Assembly (NCBI GenBank): GCA_965219415.1
Contig: CBDCNP010000002.1
Location: forward strand, 192,001-256,000
Direction of reading: 5' to 3'
DNA: 64,000 nucleotides
Source: Candidatus Marinacidobacterales bacterium
Lineage (GTDB): Bacteria > Acidobacteriota > Vicinamibacteria > Marinacidobacterales > DATDRI01
Of this stretch, positions 40,635 through 51,361 are shown piece by piece. The position numbers and the translations under genes were made by a program. Numbering within the stretch: the stretch's first letter is position 1; every line of letters starts with the position of its first letter. The notes below the pieces were generated by a model, which searched no databases, was not told the origin of the DNA, and saw nothing but the letters and a program-made list of their open reading frames with translations.

Positions 40635-42875
40635 GTGGTTTCCGATGCGAAACTCGGAGCGTTAATCCGTGGTACAATACCTACTCCACCTAAAAAGAGA
40701 AAGAGGTTTGCTCAGTTGGAGTTAGACTCCCTGGGACGTTACCAGATCCTCGCTGAAATCGGCCGGGGGACGGGCGGCGTGGTTTATCGCGCGCACGATC
40801 CCGTGATCGATCGTTCCGTAGCGGTCAAGATGATCCGCCTTCCGGATTCGATCTCGCCCAAGGACCGTAAAGCATTCCTGGATCGTTTCTTCCTCGAGGT
40901 TCGTGCCGCTGGCCGACTGAACCATCCCAATATCGTCGTCACCCATGATGCGGCGACCGACGAGCCCACTGGAATTCCCTTTATTGTGATGGAGCTCGTA
41001 GAGGGAGAGCCCCTCGACCGCAAACTATCCGTAAAGGGCAAGCTGCCTTGGAGGGAAGCTCTCGAGATTGTGACTGAGCTCGCGAAGGGACTCTCCCATG
41101 CGCACCGAGCCGATATTGTTCACCGCGACATCAAGCCGGCCAATGTACTCTTCTCGAGCCGGGGCGAGCCCAAGATCGCCGATTTCGGAATCGCCAAGAT
41201 GCCCTCCGCGCACCTGTTTCAGACCGGCGTCGTGATAGGCACGCCGCATTTCATGTCACCGGAGCAAATCCGCGGTGAGAGCGTAGATGGGCGGAGCGAT
41301 CTCTTTTCCCTCGGAGCCGTTTTCTACAATCTTCTCGTCGGGACTCGCCCGTTCGAAGGTCCGGACGCCGCCGCCAAATCCCATCAAATCCAGTACAAGA
41401 ATCCAGCTCCGCCTTCCGAGCGCGAACCCGAGATCCCGAGAACCCTGGACGGGGTCATGGGACGACTACTCGCGAAATCCGCAACCGAACGATACGCCTC
41501 TGGGATGGACTTGGTGGAGGATTTGCAGGCCGTCACGCGCGGCGAGGAACCACACCTCGCCATGAAGCCTGCGGAAAAAACGGCGGAGGCGGTCGCGAGT
41601 GGCATCACCAACGTAGGTCAGGAATCACCGCTTCTGCTCCTTTCCACCGAGCGCAGACCGCGGCCGCTGAGGCGACTGCTCGGGTGGCTAGCGCTGGTCG
41701 CGCTCCTGACCGGAGCCATGGTCTATAGCGCGGGGATAGATCTCACCGATGTCCGGCGAACGCTTCGACCTTATGTCGCGCCACTTTCAGAGATGGTAGC
41801 CACTGAGCTCGATGCGGTGGAAAACCGTCTTCAAGAGAAACAAGCCGAGTGGAGGCGAGCTAACCAACTCAGAAGCGAGGCCGACGCCTTACTCGAAACG
41901 GGGCACGCCCAGGCACAGCGTGGGCAATGGGACCAGGCGCAGGCCGCCTACGAGGACAGCCTCCAGCTTTACCGAGAGGCTCGTGAAGGAGTTGGAGAAG
42001 CCTCCGTCCTTCTCGCCCGAGGTAGACTCGCAGCCCTACAAGGCAAATGGTCGAGCGCGGTGACAGATCTCGAGGCTTCGGCCGACGTCTTTGGCATTTA
42101 CCGGAATCCGGACGGGAAGGCCCGAGCCCTTCTGGCTCACGGCGACTTGGCGCGCGACCGAGATGAGCTTGCAAAAGCCGAAGCACTCTACCGAGAAGCA
42201 CTCTTTATCGCGGATGGTCTCGACGACCGCGGCACCACCCTCGAGATCTTTTTCGCGACGTCGAAAGCCGACCTCTTCGGGCGCAGCTGGGAAGGAGCCG
42301 GGGAGGGGTTTGCGCGCGTCCATACCGAAGCGACCGCCGAGTCCCGATGGGAGCTAGCCGGGCGGGCGCTTCAATACCTCGGCGCAGTGGCGTTCGTCCT
42401 CGGTGATGGGGACGTTGCGGCGGCTCGATGGGAGGAGGCTCGTGAAACGTTCGACACGACAGGCTCCCAAGCCCGTTTGGCCGAGCTTGGTCTCTGGGAA
42501 GGCCGAGCGTTGTTGCTGCGCGGAGATGCGACGGCCGCAGAGAAAAAAATCAATGAGTCCGAACGCTACTATCGCGCCAGCCGAAACAAACCGGGACTCC
42601 TTGCCGCCGCCGAGGCGAGCTGGGAGCTCGCGACCATCGAGAAAGATCAGGAAGGCGCAGAGCGGCGGGGGAAAGAAATCGCCGATCTGAGGAAAGAACT
42701 GGGTCTCCCTCCGGGCCCGATGTTGCCCAACATCCGGGAACCAAGCAACCCCGCGAGCCGCATGACCCTACTGCTCCGGGCTGCGCCAATCACCGCGCTT
42801 CGCGAGGCCCGCCTCGACGCCTTTGAGGGCGAAATTCCGCCGGTGGCGGCACGTTCGACACCAGACCGCCCGTAG
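40635..42875 (+). CDS. Ser/Thr protein kinase with TM segment and C-terminal TPR region
   Basis: HRDIKPAN, DFG and FMSPE; start uncertain (may be TTG at ~40717). Confidence 0.88.
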   Translation: MVSDAKLGALIRGTIPTPPKKRKRFAQLELDSLGRYQILAEIGRGTGGVVYRAHDPVIDRSVAVKMIRLPDSISPKDRKAFLDRFFLEVRAAGRLNHPNIVVTHDAATDEPTGIPFIVMELVEGEPLDRKLSVKGKLPWREALEIVTELAKGLSHAHRADIVHRDIKPANVLFSSRGEPKIADFGIAKMPSAHLFQTGVVIGTPHFMSPEQIRGESVDGRSDLFSLGAVFYNLLVGTRPFEGPDAAAKSHQIQYKNPAPPSEREPEIPRTLDGVMGRLLAKSATERYASGMDLVEDLQAVTRGEEPHLAMKPAEKTAEAVASGITNVGQESPLLLLSTERRPRPLRRLLGWLALVALLTGAMVYSAGIDLTDVRRTLRPYVAPLSEMVATELDAVENRLQEKQAEWRRANQLRSEADALLETGHAQAQRGQWDQAQAAYEDSLQLYREAREGVGEASVLLARGRLAALQGKWSSAVTDLEASADVFGIYRNPDGKARALLAHGDLARDRDELAKAEALYREALFIADGLDDRGTTLEIFFATSKADLFGRSWEGAGEGFARVHTEATAESRWELAGRALQYLGAVAFVLGDGDVAAARWEEARETFDTTGSQARLAELGLWEGRALLLRGDATAAEKKINESERYYRASRNKPGLLAAAEASWELATIEKDQEGAERRGKEIADLRKELGLPPGPMLPNIREPSNPASRMTLLLRAAPITALREARLDAFEGEIPPVAARSTPDRP

Positions 42876-42931
42876 CAAAACTCCCCGAATTTCTTTGCTA
42901 GAATGCTTCCACTCGCAGGAGGCACTGGCAC

Positions 42932-44505
42932 ATGCGGAAGTTTCTTCGATTGACGGGATTCCTTGCCGGACTCTTCTTACTGCTGGTCAGCCCGGCCGCC
43001 GACGCCGCGGAGGAGCGTGAAGTCGTCATCCTCTACACCAATGACTTCCACAGCGCCATCGACCCCATCCCTGCCTATTGGCTCGACGAACGGCCCATTC
43101 CGAAACTGGGCGGTGCGGCGGAGCTCATGACTTTCGTCGAGCAGATACGGGAGCGCGAGGCCAAAGCGGGAAACCCAGTCTTCCTCTTCGACACCGGTGA
43201 CATGTTCACCGGCATGCTTTCCAAGCTCACCCAGGGCGAAGCCCTCATGGAAATGATGCACACCATGGGTTACGACGCCCTCGGGATCGGAAATCACGAG
43301 TTCGACTACGGATGGGAGAACTTTCGGAAGCAGATGTTCCGTGTGCCCTTTCCGTGCCTCGGCGCGAACATTTTTTACAAGGGCACCGGAATCCCGTTCT
43401 CCCCTCCCCACACGATCCTGGAGCGAAACGGCGTCCGCATCGGTGTCATCGGGATCATCGGCCAAGACGCTAAGAGCGTTGTCCTTCCCTCTTTCGTAAC
43501 AGAGCTCGATTTCCAGGATCCGGCCCCTTACATTCAGCGTTCCATCGAAGAGCTCGAGCCCGACGTGGACCTCATCGTGGTCTTGGCCCACCAGGGCCAC
43601 ACCGGCCCCATGCAGACCGATGCCGAAGTGCAGCGGGACTTCGATGCCGACATCGAGCTCTGTGGAAGAGTCCCGGGTATCGACGTTTTCGTCGGAGGGC
43701 ATGCCCACCGTGGAATCGAAGTCCCCTACGTCCATCCCGACAACAAAAGCATCATCGTTCAGACCTACGGCTTTGGCACTCGCCTCGGATACCTGCGCGT
43801 GAAAGTGGACATGGATTCCGAAGAAGTCGTCGCTCACGAGGGCGAGCTCCTGAAGGTTTGGAGCAACGAGCTGACGCCCAACCCGGTGATGGTTGCGAAA
43901 ATGGATGCCTACAAGAAGAAGGTGGCACCCGTTATTGGCGAGGTCGTGGGGCACACACGGCGACACGGATCATCCGGAGCTACAACACTGAATCGCTGCT
44001 CGGTGCCTTTTCGACCGACATCATGCGTGAGCTCACCGGCACCGACGTCGCTTTCATGAACGCCGGTGGGTTGAGGGCGGATCTTCCCGAAGGTGCCATC
44101 ACTCTGGGTAACGTTCAAGACGCGTTCCCCTTCTACAACACCGTGGTGACACTAGAAATGACCGGCGCGCAGATTCGCGAAATCCTGGAGCAGGGCTTCA
44201 CGCTCTTGCGAGGGATGGTACAAGTTTCCGGACTGGTCGCCCACTACGATCTAAACCGGCCCGCCGGCCAAAGGCTACTCGACCTGAAGATTGGCGGTCA
44301 TCCGACCGAGGACGATCGGGTCTACCGTGTGTCGACCAACAACTTCCTCGCCGAGGGTGGCGATCTCTACCAGACCTTCACCCGCGCCGAGTGGGCGGAT
44401 GAAATCGAGAACGACCTCGCCGACGTGGTCGTGGATTACTTGAAGAAACAGTCGCGCCCAGTACAGGCGCCCGCGATGAACCGTTTGATCCCGGTTTCCA
44501 AATAG
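42932..44505 (+). CDS. Bifunctional metallophosphatase/5'-nucleotidase; frameshift at ~43955
   Basis: NDFH, DTGD, GNHEFD and GGHAH, then NAGGLR...FPF.N. Confidence 0.88.
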
Positions 44506-44521
44506 GCTCGTTCGGGGCAAT

Positions 44522-45430
44522 TCAAAAGTCGAGCCCGAGTCCAGTCAGGAAAATAAGCTCGTTCTTCTTGGCCCCCACAGGTGGACTATTGTCGAAAGCA
44601 TCCCTCACACCCACTCGAAAACTGAAAGAATCGACCAGCTTGGTCCTGAAGGCCGCATCGAACCGCAGCTTGTATCGTTCCGCCTCCGTCAGGTCCTGGA
44701 GGTAGCCGAAGTTCTGCTCGATCTCCAGATTTGGAGTGAGTTGATATTTGAAGTGCTGTTCGGCTTGGGCCGAGGCATGGCGGAACCTGGCGCCATCGGT
44801 GTAGTCCTCCAAGGTATAACCCGGACCTCCGCTAACCCATAGCTTGCTCCGATCAGAATCGAGCACCTGATAGCCGGCCCCAACGCCAAACACCGCTCGA
44901 GCGTCTATCAATTCCACTTCGTTGGTTTCGAAGTCACCTGAACCGTACACGAAAAACCTATCGGTCTGAAATCGCTCCAGTCGCGCCCCGCCAACTAACT
45001 GATTGCTCGCAAGGACACTGTCCGTCTCGGAGTAGAGGTAGCCGGCTCGAAGGTCCAATCGATGCCGATCGGTCTTGCGTTCCGCCCTCACACTTAGCGC
45101 CAGCGTTCCGGTATCCGCGGTTCCCCGTTTCCCGGTAAATGCTGCATCGGCGTTCCCGGTCCACTGGACCGGCGGAGTCGGCGGCTCGGGCTCTGGCAGC
45201 ATGCCGGCTACGGTTCCAATTGTGGTTTCACCGAGGTTCAAGCGAGAGATCTCTTCCATGGACAGAACCAATGACTCTCCTGCCGAGGTCTTGAACTCAA
45301 CTGCTTCACGGTTCCAGGAGACCAATTCCCCGACGAGACGGGTCCCATCTTTCCCTACGAGCTCGTCGACTGGCGCGGGACTCTGAGCAACTTCCTGCAC
45401 GAGAACGAGCAGCAGTAGCATCACTTTCAC
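44522..45430 (-). CDS. DUF481-like outer-membrane beta-barrel protein
   Basis: Amphipathic beta strands and C-terminal Phe (GLGLDF). Confidence 0.75.
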   Translation of the reverse strand: MKVMLLLLVLVQEVAQSPAPVDELVGKDGTRLVGELVSWNREAVEFKTSAGESLVLSMEEISRLNLGETTIGTVAGMLPEPEPPTPPVQWTGNADAAFTGKRGTADTGTLALSVRAERKTDRHRLDLRAGYLYSETDSVLASNQLVGGARLERFQTDRFFVYGSGDFETNEVELIDARAVFGVGAGYQVLDSDRSKLWVSGGPGYTLEDYTDGARFRHASAQAEQHFKYQLTPNLEIEQNFGYLQDLTEAERYKLRFDAAFRTKLVDSFSFRVGVRDAFDNSPPVGAKKNELIFLTGLGLDF

Positions 45431-45557
45431 CGAATTATCCCTCCGTAAACTCTTCTATTTGCAATTGATGTCTATGAAGTTTGTGCCATGTCTATACTAA
45501 CCTCTAATCAGCGTTTCCCGGTCATCGCGTTATAATCTCCATAAGAAAGGAGCCTCA

Positions 45558-46392
45558 ATGACGTTTCACTTCGGCTGCGCCCTGACCGTCCTTCTGACTC
45601 TCGCGGATCGTTCGGCGGACGCACCAGAGAACGAACTGTCCGCGCAGGACATCGTCGACCGGGCGATCGAGCGGGCCGAGTGGATAGACAAGGAGAATTT
45701 CGAGGCTCGCTTCAGCTTCAGGATGCTCAATGAGTCAGAGAGGCTGGACAAGAAGGGCCAAGTCGAGGAGCGCGAGGAACGCGTTTACGAGAACCAACCC
45801 ATCGACGGCGCCGCCTACATGCGCCTGGTCGAGAAAGACGGGCAACCTTTGACCGAAAAAGACCTAAAGAAGGAACGCAAACGGGAGGAGAAATATCGGA
45901 AACGGCTCGCCGACAAATCCAAACCCGACGATGAAGACCGCGTTGCGTTCGACAGAGGACCTTGTGAGCCGATACAACGTCCACCGCCAAGGAATGGAGG
46001 ACATCCGCGGCCGCCCAGCTTACGTCATTTCCTTCGAGCCCAAGAGCGGTCCGCTTCCGGCCAAGAAACGAATGGACTATGCCCTCAATAAATCCGCCGG
46101 GCGCCTGTGGATCGATACCGAGACCTACGAGATCGCCCAGTTAGAGTTCGGGCTACTCGACAGGATCAAGTTATGGTGGGGATTCATCGGTTCCATCAAG
46201 TAAATGCGTGGCCGCCTACGGCGAGAGCCGGTGGATGGACATCAAGGCGTTTGGCTCCCACGTCGTTTCGCTATCTACATGAACGGGCGAATTCTCTTCA
46301 AGACCCTCCATCGGAACGAGAAGATGGAGTGGAGTGGCTTCCGCAAGCTCCCGGAGCGAGCTCAGCAAGCGGCCGTGACCGGCGATCCGTAG
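45558..46392 (+). pseudogene. Exported hypothetical protein with a frameshift (~45957) and an in-frame TAA (46201)
   Basis: Strong RBS and TATAAT at 45531. Three consecutive ORFs read as one protein (GRLWIDTETYEIA...WLP). Confidence 0.6.
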
Positions 46393-46407
46393 GCACTTCC
46401 CGGCCCC

Positions 46408-46566
46408 TCAGGCCTCCCGATACACATCCTCGTTCTTACCGATGCCTTGCAAAGTCTGCCGATAGCACTTCTTGCCAGCGACGAAGATCCCTTGCGCCTT
46501 CTCCAGTTGCACGTTGCCACTCGTCAACTCATGAGACTCTTCCCACTCAAGAGGCGTGTCGGACAC
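46408..46566 (-). CDS. Possible 52-aa small protein
   Basis: GAGGGG RBS then GTG; fills an otherwise empty gap. No recognised domain. Confidence 0.3.
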   Translation of the reverse strand: MSDTPLEWEESHELTSGNVQLEKAQGIFVAGKKCYRQTLQGIGKNEDVYREA

Positions 46567-46700
46567 ATCGTTCCCCCTCGATTTATCCGCGCGTGAATTG
46601 TCTCGGTTTCTTTCAGGATACCGGAGTATTCCGAATCTCGTAAACTGGCTACGCTCCTGCCCTGGTGCTAGGATGCGTCGGAGGGAACGGGAGGACGTGC

Positions 46701-47639
46701 TTGGAAGAAACGAAACGACAAGAGTATCTCTCAACCCTTGAAGAAACTGCGTCCCAGCTCAAAGGGGCACTCGCCGGCGTTCCCAAGAAGCTCCAACAAT
46801 GGAACCCGGCTCCCGGGAAATGGTCCATACAGCAGATCATCTGTCACATGCGGGACATGGAGAAGGAGGCGTACTTCACGCGGTACAAACGCATTCTGGA
46901 AGAAGACAACCCTTCCCTGCCCGATCTCGACGGGGACACCTTGGCGCTCGAACGTGGTTACCAGGACCTCAAGCTCGGCGAAGTCCAGCGTGATTGGAAA
47001 CGCGCTCGCAAGGAAAGCATCAAGCTTCTCAAGAGGGTCAAGGGCGCTCAGTGGCGATGCGTCGGCACCCACGAAACCGACGGCCCCTTGACCATGGAAG
47101 AGCTCTTACATCGTCACGCGGTCGGAAACGACCGGGCTCACCTCAACCAGATTCAGGCTATCAAACGGCGGTGGAACATTCTGTCGGAGCTCGAGGGTAC
47201 GCCCGCCGAGCTCGTAGCCTTGACGCGCGATCTCTCTGAAGACGCCTTGAGGCGAACGCCCGGCTCCGGAGAGTGGTCGATCATCGAGACCGCGTGCCAC
47301 ATTCGCGATGTCGAGCAGTTCTATGCTGAGAGGCTCACCAAGATCGCCCGTCTCGACCATCCGCGTTTTTGGGCCATGAACAGCGAGCGCCTTGCCACGG
47401 CGAGACGCTATCGAGAGGCAGACCTCAAGTCCGTGGTAAAAGAGTTCCGGCAACGTCGTCGCGACACGCTGACGCTGCTCAGGGCGCTTCCGCACCCGAT
47501 CTGGCAGCGAACCGGAATCCACCCCGAGCGGGGCGAAATGACCATCGAACAGCTAGCGACTCGGTTGGGCCAGCACGACCAACGGCATCTTGGCGAGATC
47601 CGGAACTTAAAGGGAACGGTGCCCCCACCCGGCGTCTGA
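46701..47639 (+). CDS. Tandem two-domain DinB-family protein
   Basis: Two repeats of WS...CH(M/I)RD...TG.H.....T..E.L.....(N/H)D..H; GGAGG RBS before TTG. Confidence 0.85.
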   Translation: MEETKRQEYLSTLEETASQLKGALAGVPKKLQQWNPAPGKWSIQQIICHMRDMEKEAYFTRYKRILEEDNPSLPDLDGDTLALERGYQDLKLGEVQRDWKRARKESIKLLKRVKGAQWRCVGTHETDGPLTMEELLHRHAVGNDRAHLNQIQAIKRRWNILSELEGTPAELVALTRDLSEDALRRTPGSGEWSIIETACHIRDVEQFYAERLTKIARLDHPRFWAMNSERLATARRYREADLKSVVKEFRQRRRDTLTLLRALPHPIWQRTGIHPERGEMTIEQLATRLGQHDQRHLGEIRNLKGTVPPPGV

Positions 47640-47721
47640 CGCGTTAGATACCCGCACGACAGGTCTTGACGCCCTGGGTCCTCCCAGAGGGGAAAGGGGT
47701 TAAAGGACGAAGAAACCAGCT

Positions 47722-48831
47722 TCAACGGTTATCCACTTCGAACAACTTCAGGAAATCTTCGGCGGCTGCCGGAGATACTTTTGCAACCGCTAGGTTCTCG
47801 TCCACATGAGCCTGCCTCTTCATACCAACGAGCGCCGTCGTGAGTCCCGGCGTCGAGCGAGCGAATTGGAGCGACCGCTGGGTGTCGGTCGTAAAGCCTT
47901 TGAAGAGTTTCCCCAGCCAATCCGGCAGTCCTGTCGTCAACCGCCCCTGACCGATCGACGCGCTCGACATCACGGTGACGCCCAACTCCTCGGCTGCCGA
48001 TAGGGCAGAGACCACCTTGCCGTTCAGTGGCTGATTTTGCTGCGTTAGGGCCTCGGTCATTGCCAGACTATAAGGTAGTTGGACGAAACGGCAGTGGTGC
48101 TCTTCCCCTCCCACTTCCTTGGCTAAGGAGATGACCGTTTCGAGTGACAGGAAGTCTTTGGCCTGGGGCGACTGCCTATACCCTCCCCAAGTTGCGGTGC
48201 CGTAGTATTGGATCCTTCCATCGGACGTCGCCTTCTCCAAGAACTCGAATACCGCCCGCAGCCGCCGGCATAGCTCCTCGCTCGAGACCTCGGCAAGCTG
48301 CATCTCAGGGTTGTGAACGTAATAGATGTCGATGGTCTCCACCCCGAGGTTGGCGAGACTACGCTCGAGTTGGTTCTCGAGGAAGCTAGGTGTGATGACC
48401 TGGCACTCGCTCACGACCTCCTCCGGGCGCACAACTCCGGGCCCGAAGTAGGTTTTCTCGAGATAGTCCGCGACATCCGGAGGCGACTCGTTTTCGAAGG
48501 GGATGAACCCTCCCTTCGTCGCCACGACCACCTGCCCTCGCGTGATGTTCTGCTCGGCAAGCTCGCGTAGCGCATCGCGAATGTTACGTTCACTCCGCTG
48601 ACAGCGATAGTTGATGGCCGTATCGAGGACGTTGCAGCCCGATTGGACCGCCCGGACCACCGCACTACGATATAGCTCGTCGGTGGTATCGTCGTTTCGT
48701 CCCAGGTAGGTGCCTAGACCGATCGAAGAGAGCCAAAGGCCCTGCGCCTGTCGAAAGTGGCCTTCCGCGACTCCTTCGCGCACCCGCGCGTCGACGTAGG
48801 TCTTGGTCTCCTGGATAGTGGCTCCCGCCAT
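47722..48831 (-). CDS. Aldo/keto reductase
   Basis: GLGTY, DTAINY, ATKGG and YYVHNPE. Confidence 0.9.
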   Translation of the reverse strand: MAGATIQETKTYVDARVREGVAEGHFRQAQGLWLSSIGLGTYLGRNDDTTDELYRSAVVRAVQSGCNVLDTAINYRCQRSERNIRDALRELAEQNITRGQVVVATKGGFIPFENESPPDVADYLEKTYFGPGVVRPEEVVSECQVITPSFLENQLERSLANLGVETIDIYYVHNPEMQLAEVSSEELCRRLRAVFEFLEKATSDGRIQYYGTATWGGYRQSPQAKDFLSLETVISLAKEVGGEEHHCRFVQLPYSLAMTEALTQQNQPLNGKVVSALSAAEELGVTVMSSASIGQGRLTTGLPDWLGKLFKGFTTDTQRSLQFARSTPGLTTALVGMKRQAHVDENLAVAKVSPAAAEDFLKLFEVDNR

Positions 48832-48907
48832 GCCCCCTCCTTGAGTGTCCGTGAGGCCTTGATGATACCTCTCCCGCCACCCCAGACAAACCCATGTGTG
48901 ACTCCCC

Positions 48908-48936
48908 TTGACATTCTACAGGGAGCACCCTATACT
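48908..48936 (+). promoter_or_regulatory. Near-consensus sigma70 promoter
   Basis: TTGACA-N17-TATACT upstream of the YHS gene. Confidence 0.7.
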
Positions 48937-49001
48937 CCTGTCGACGGTCTAGAGGAATGAAAGGCCTCCTCGGACGAAAAAGGAGACAAAAGTCATGACA
49001 T

Positions 49002-50084
49002 ATGCACGTTTGGTCCTACCCCCTGTTGTTGGTGGGTTTTCTCGGCTCCGCCTCCGCAGGCGGTCCCGAAGCGATGGAAGCCCTCGCGGGATTCGATCCG
49101 GTCCTCCTCACGGGGGGAAAAGAGGTTCTCGGTAAACAAGAGATTTCGGTCACTCGGGAAGGATTGCGGTATCACTTTACCAACGCGGAGAACAAGGCAA
49201 CCTTCCTCGGAGACCCGGAACGCTACGGCGTCCAGATGGGTGGGCTCTGCGCACGCCTTGGAGAGAGCGTACCCGGCGATCCTGACATGTACACCGTTCA
49301 CGCCGGTCGGATCTATCTGCTCGCCAGCGAAGAATGCCGCGAGCTCTTCGACGCGACGCCGTCCAAGTACATCGAGCCCGAAGTCCCTAAGCCCCTCCGT
49401 ACCTCCGAGAGCGCCAAGAAGGGCCATCAACTCATTCAAAGCGTGGTCAAGGCCGCTGGAGGCGCGCACGCGATCGACTCCCTCGAAAGTTACCAGGTAG
49501 TGGGTGTCGTAGCCAACGAGTCCGGGGATCGACGCATCAAAACGACTTTCACGTTCCTCTTCCCCGATCATCTCCGCCACCAAAGGGATATTCCCAACTA
49601 CGGATCGATCGCGACCATTGCCGTGGCCGACGACGCCTTCGAGGTTCGCCCGACCGAAGTTCGAGCTTTCAGCAACGCCCAGCGTGTCAATTTCCTAAGG
49701 ATGATGACGCGCAACCTGCTCAGCTCTTTGCGAGCTCGTAACGAAGCTGAGTACAGCGCCGTGTACACCGGCTCGGGCCAAATCAACGGAGTGGATGTTG
49801 AGAGGGTCGCGGTAGATTTCGGCGGGCAGCGCCTAACGTTGAGCATCGAACCAAGCAGCGGCCGAGTCTTGACGCTCGCTTACGTAGGCCGCGGCCCCGA
49901 CGGCGATTATGGGTGGGTAGTCCAGACGTTGTCCGACTATAGGACCGTCAGCGGAGTCACTCTCCCCTTCAAAACGAGCACGACGTTCAACGACCAGCCG
50001 GTGCCTCGAATGTCATTCACTGCGGAGTCGATCACGCTCAACGGGAGAATCTCCACAGAGATTTTCGAGAGACCAACCGATTGA
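49002..50084 (+). CDS. Exported YHS-domain protein
   Basis: GFDPV..Y.F....NK..F..DPERY..Q.GG.CA, then a beta-rich C-terminus. Confidence 0.75.
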   Translation: MHVWSYPLLLVGFLGSASAGGPEAMEALAGFDPVLLTGGKEVLGKQEISVTREGLRYHFTNAENKATFLGDPERYGVQMGGLCARLGESVPGDPDMYTVHAGRIYLLASEECRELFDATPSKYIEPEVPKPLRTSESAKKGHQLIQSVVKAAGGAHAIDSLESYQVVGVVANESGDRRIKTTFTFLFPDHLRHQRDIPNYGSIATIAVADDAFEVRPTEVRAFSNAQRVNFLRMMTRNLLSSLRARNEAEYSAVYTGSGQINGVDVERVAVDFGGQRLTLSIEPSSGRVLTLAYVGRGPDGDYGWVVQTLSDYRTVSGVTLPFKTSTTFNDQPVPRMSFTAESITLNGRISTEIFERPTD

Positions 50085-50091
50085 GGAACAG

Positions 50092-51243
50092 CTAGATCAC
50101 GTTGTGCTCGGGAATGGACGGTTGCCCCTGGAATCTCTGGATCGAGTAAGGAGTGAGATCGACGCTCCGAGCCTCACCGTCGACTATGAGCTCCGCAATC
50201 GACAGCCCGACAGCCGGAGCGTGCATCATGCCATGGCCGCTGAACCCGTTCGCGCAGAAGAAATTCTCGAGCTCAGGAACATGGCCGAGGATAGCGTTGT
50301 GATCGGGTGAAACCTCGTAGAGACCGGCCCAGCCCGTTTTGATCTCCGCTTCCGAGAGGGCGGGTACGCGGTGAGTCGCGTGCTCGCTCACGGTGGCGAG
50401 CCAATCCCAATCCACTCGTTGGTTGAAGCCGGGTGGTTCGTTCTGATCCGACTCCCCCAACAACATGCCTCCGCTTTCCTTGTGCATGTACACACCAGTT
50501 CCCCAGTCGATGAGCATCGGGAATCCGTCTGGCACCCAAGACAACGGTGCGGTCACGAAGACCATCCGACGGTAGGGTTCGACCGGAATCTCAATCCCCG
50601 CCATCTCTCCGACCCTCGCTGCCCAGGGCCCCGCTGCATTGACCACCGTTCCCACATCCCAGCGGTCCCCATTCACGATCAAACCCTGCACGCGATTCGA
50701 TGCGATATCCATCGCGGTTATCTCGACCGAAGTTTCGAACGACGCCCCCAGCTCTTTGGCTTTCTTGACGTAGCCCTGAACGACGGCGGCAGGGCTCGCA
50801 ATACCGTCTTCGGCACCGAAGGTCGCGCCAACGAGATCTTCGGTCTCCATCTCCGGAACCACGCGTTTGGCCTCCTCGACCGTCAGAACCTCAACCGGAA
50901 CACCTAGGGCCTGCTGCATGGCAGCGTTTGCACGAAAAGTCTCGAGCTGGCTCTCATCGGAAAGCACGAACAGATAGCCATTCTGTCTAAAATCGACGGG
51001 TACACCGATCTCTTCCTCGAATCGCTTCAAAGCGGCGATGCTGAGCTTGGACATCGCCACGTTGGCGGCGGTTGTGAACTGAAGCCTGACGCCGCCCGCG
51101 CACTTGGCAGTCGCACCGGTGCCTAGGCTCTCTTCGCGCTCGAAGACCACGACGTTTTTGCAACCCCGCGCGGCGAGATGATAGGCGACGGAAGCCCCCA
51201 TGATGCCCCCTCCCACGATGGCGACCTCGGCGATTCGTTTCAA
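50092..51243 (-). CDS. FAD-dependent oxidoreductase (DAO/sarcosine oxidase beta-like)
   Basis: GGGIMG, NAAGPWA, WAGLY...PDH and GFSGHG. Confidence 0.9.
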   Translation of the reverse strand: MKRIAEVAIVGGGIMGASVAYHLAARGCKNVVVFEREESLGTGATAKCAGGVRLQFTTAANVAMSKLSIAALKRFEEEIGVPVDFRQNGYLFVLSDESQLETFRANAAMQQALGVPVEVLTVEEAKRVVPEMETEDLVGATFGAEDGIASPAAVVQGYVKKAKELGASFETSVEITAMDIASNRVQGLIVNGDRWDVGTVVNAAGPWAARVGEMAGIEIPVEPYRRMVFVTAPLSWVPDGFPMLIDWGTGVYMHKESGGMLLGESDQNEPPGFNQRVDWDWLATVSEHATHRVPALSEAEIKTGWAGLYEVSPDHNAILGHVPELENFFCANGFSGHGMMHAPAVGLSIAELIVDGEARSVDLTPYSIQRFQGQPSIPEHNVI

Positions 51244-51361
51244 GGTTGCTAAGGGTACGAGGAATCGAGAACTGGCGCAATTGCCTCCAGCGACGCCCGC
51301 GGTTGACAGGGTGCGCGACTCAACCGTAGGGTCCTTTCAACCAAGCAGGAGGTAGGAACGT

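Noticed and set aside
45474-45488. sigma54 promoter TGGCACAAACTTCAT upstream of the DUF481 gene
   Set aside because: The -12 element lacks the conserved GC, so it is too weak to call.
46201-46203. Recoded stop (Sec/Pyl) in the exported protein
   Set aside because: The codon is TAA and the gene also has a frameshift, so error or decay is simpler.
47729-47737. DnaA-box-like TTATCCAC
   Set aside because: A single imperfect copy inside a CDS, with no origin context.
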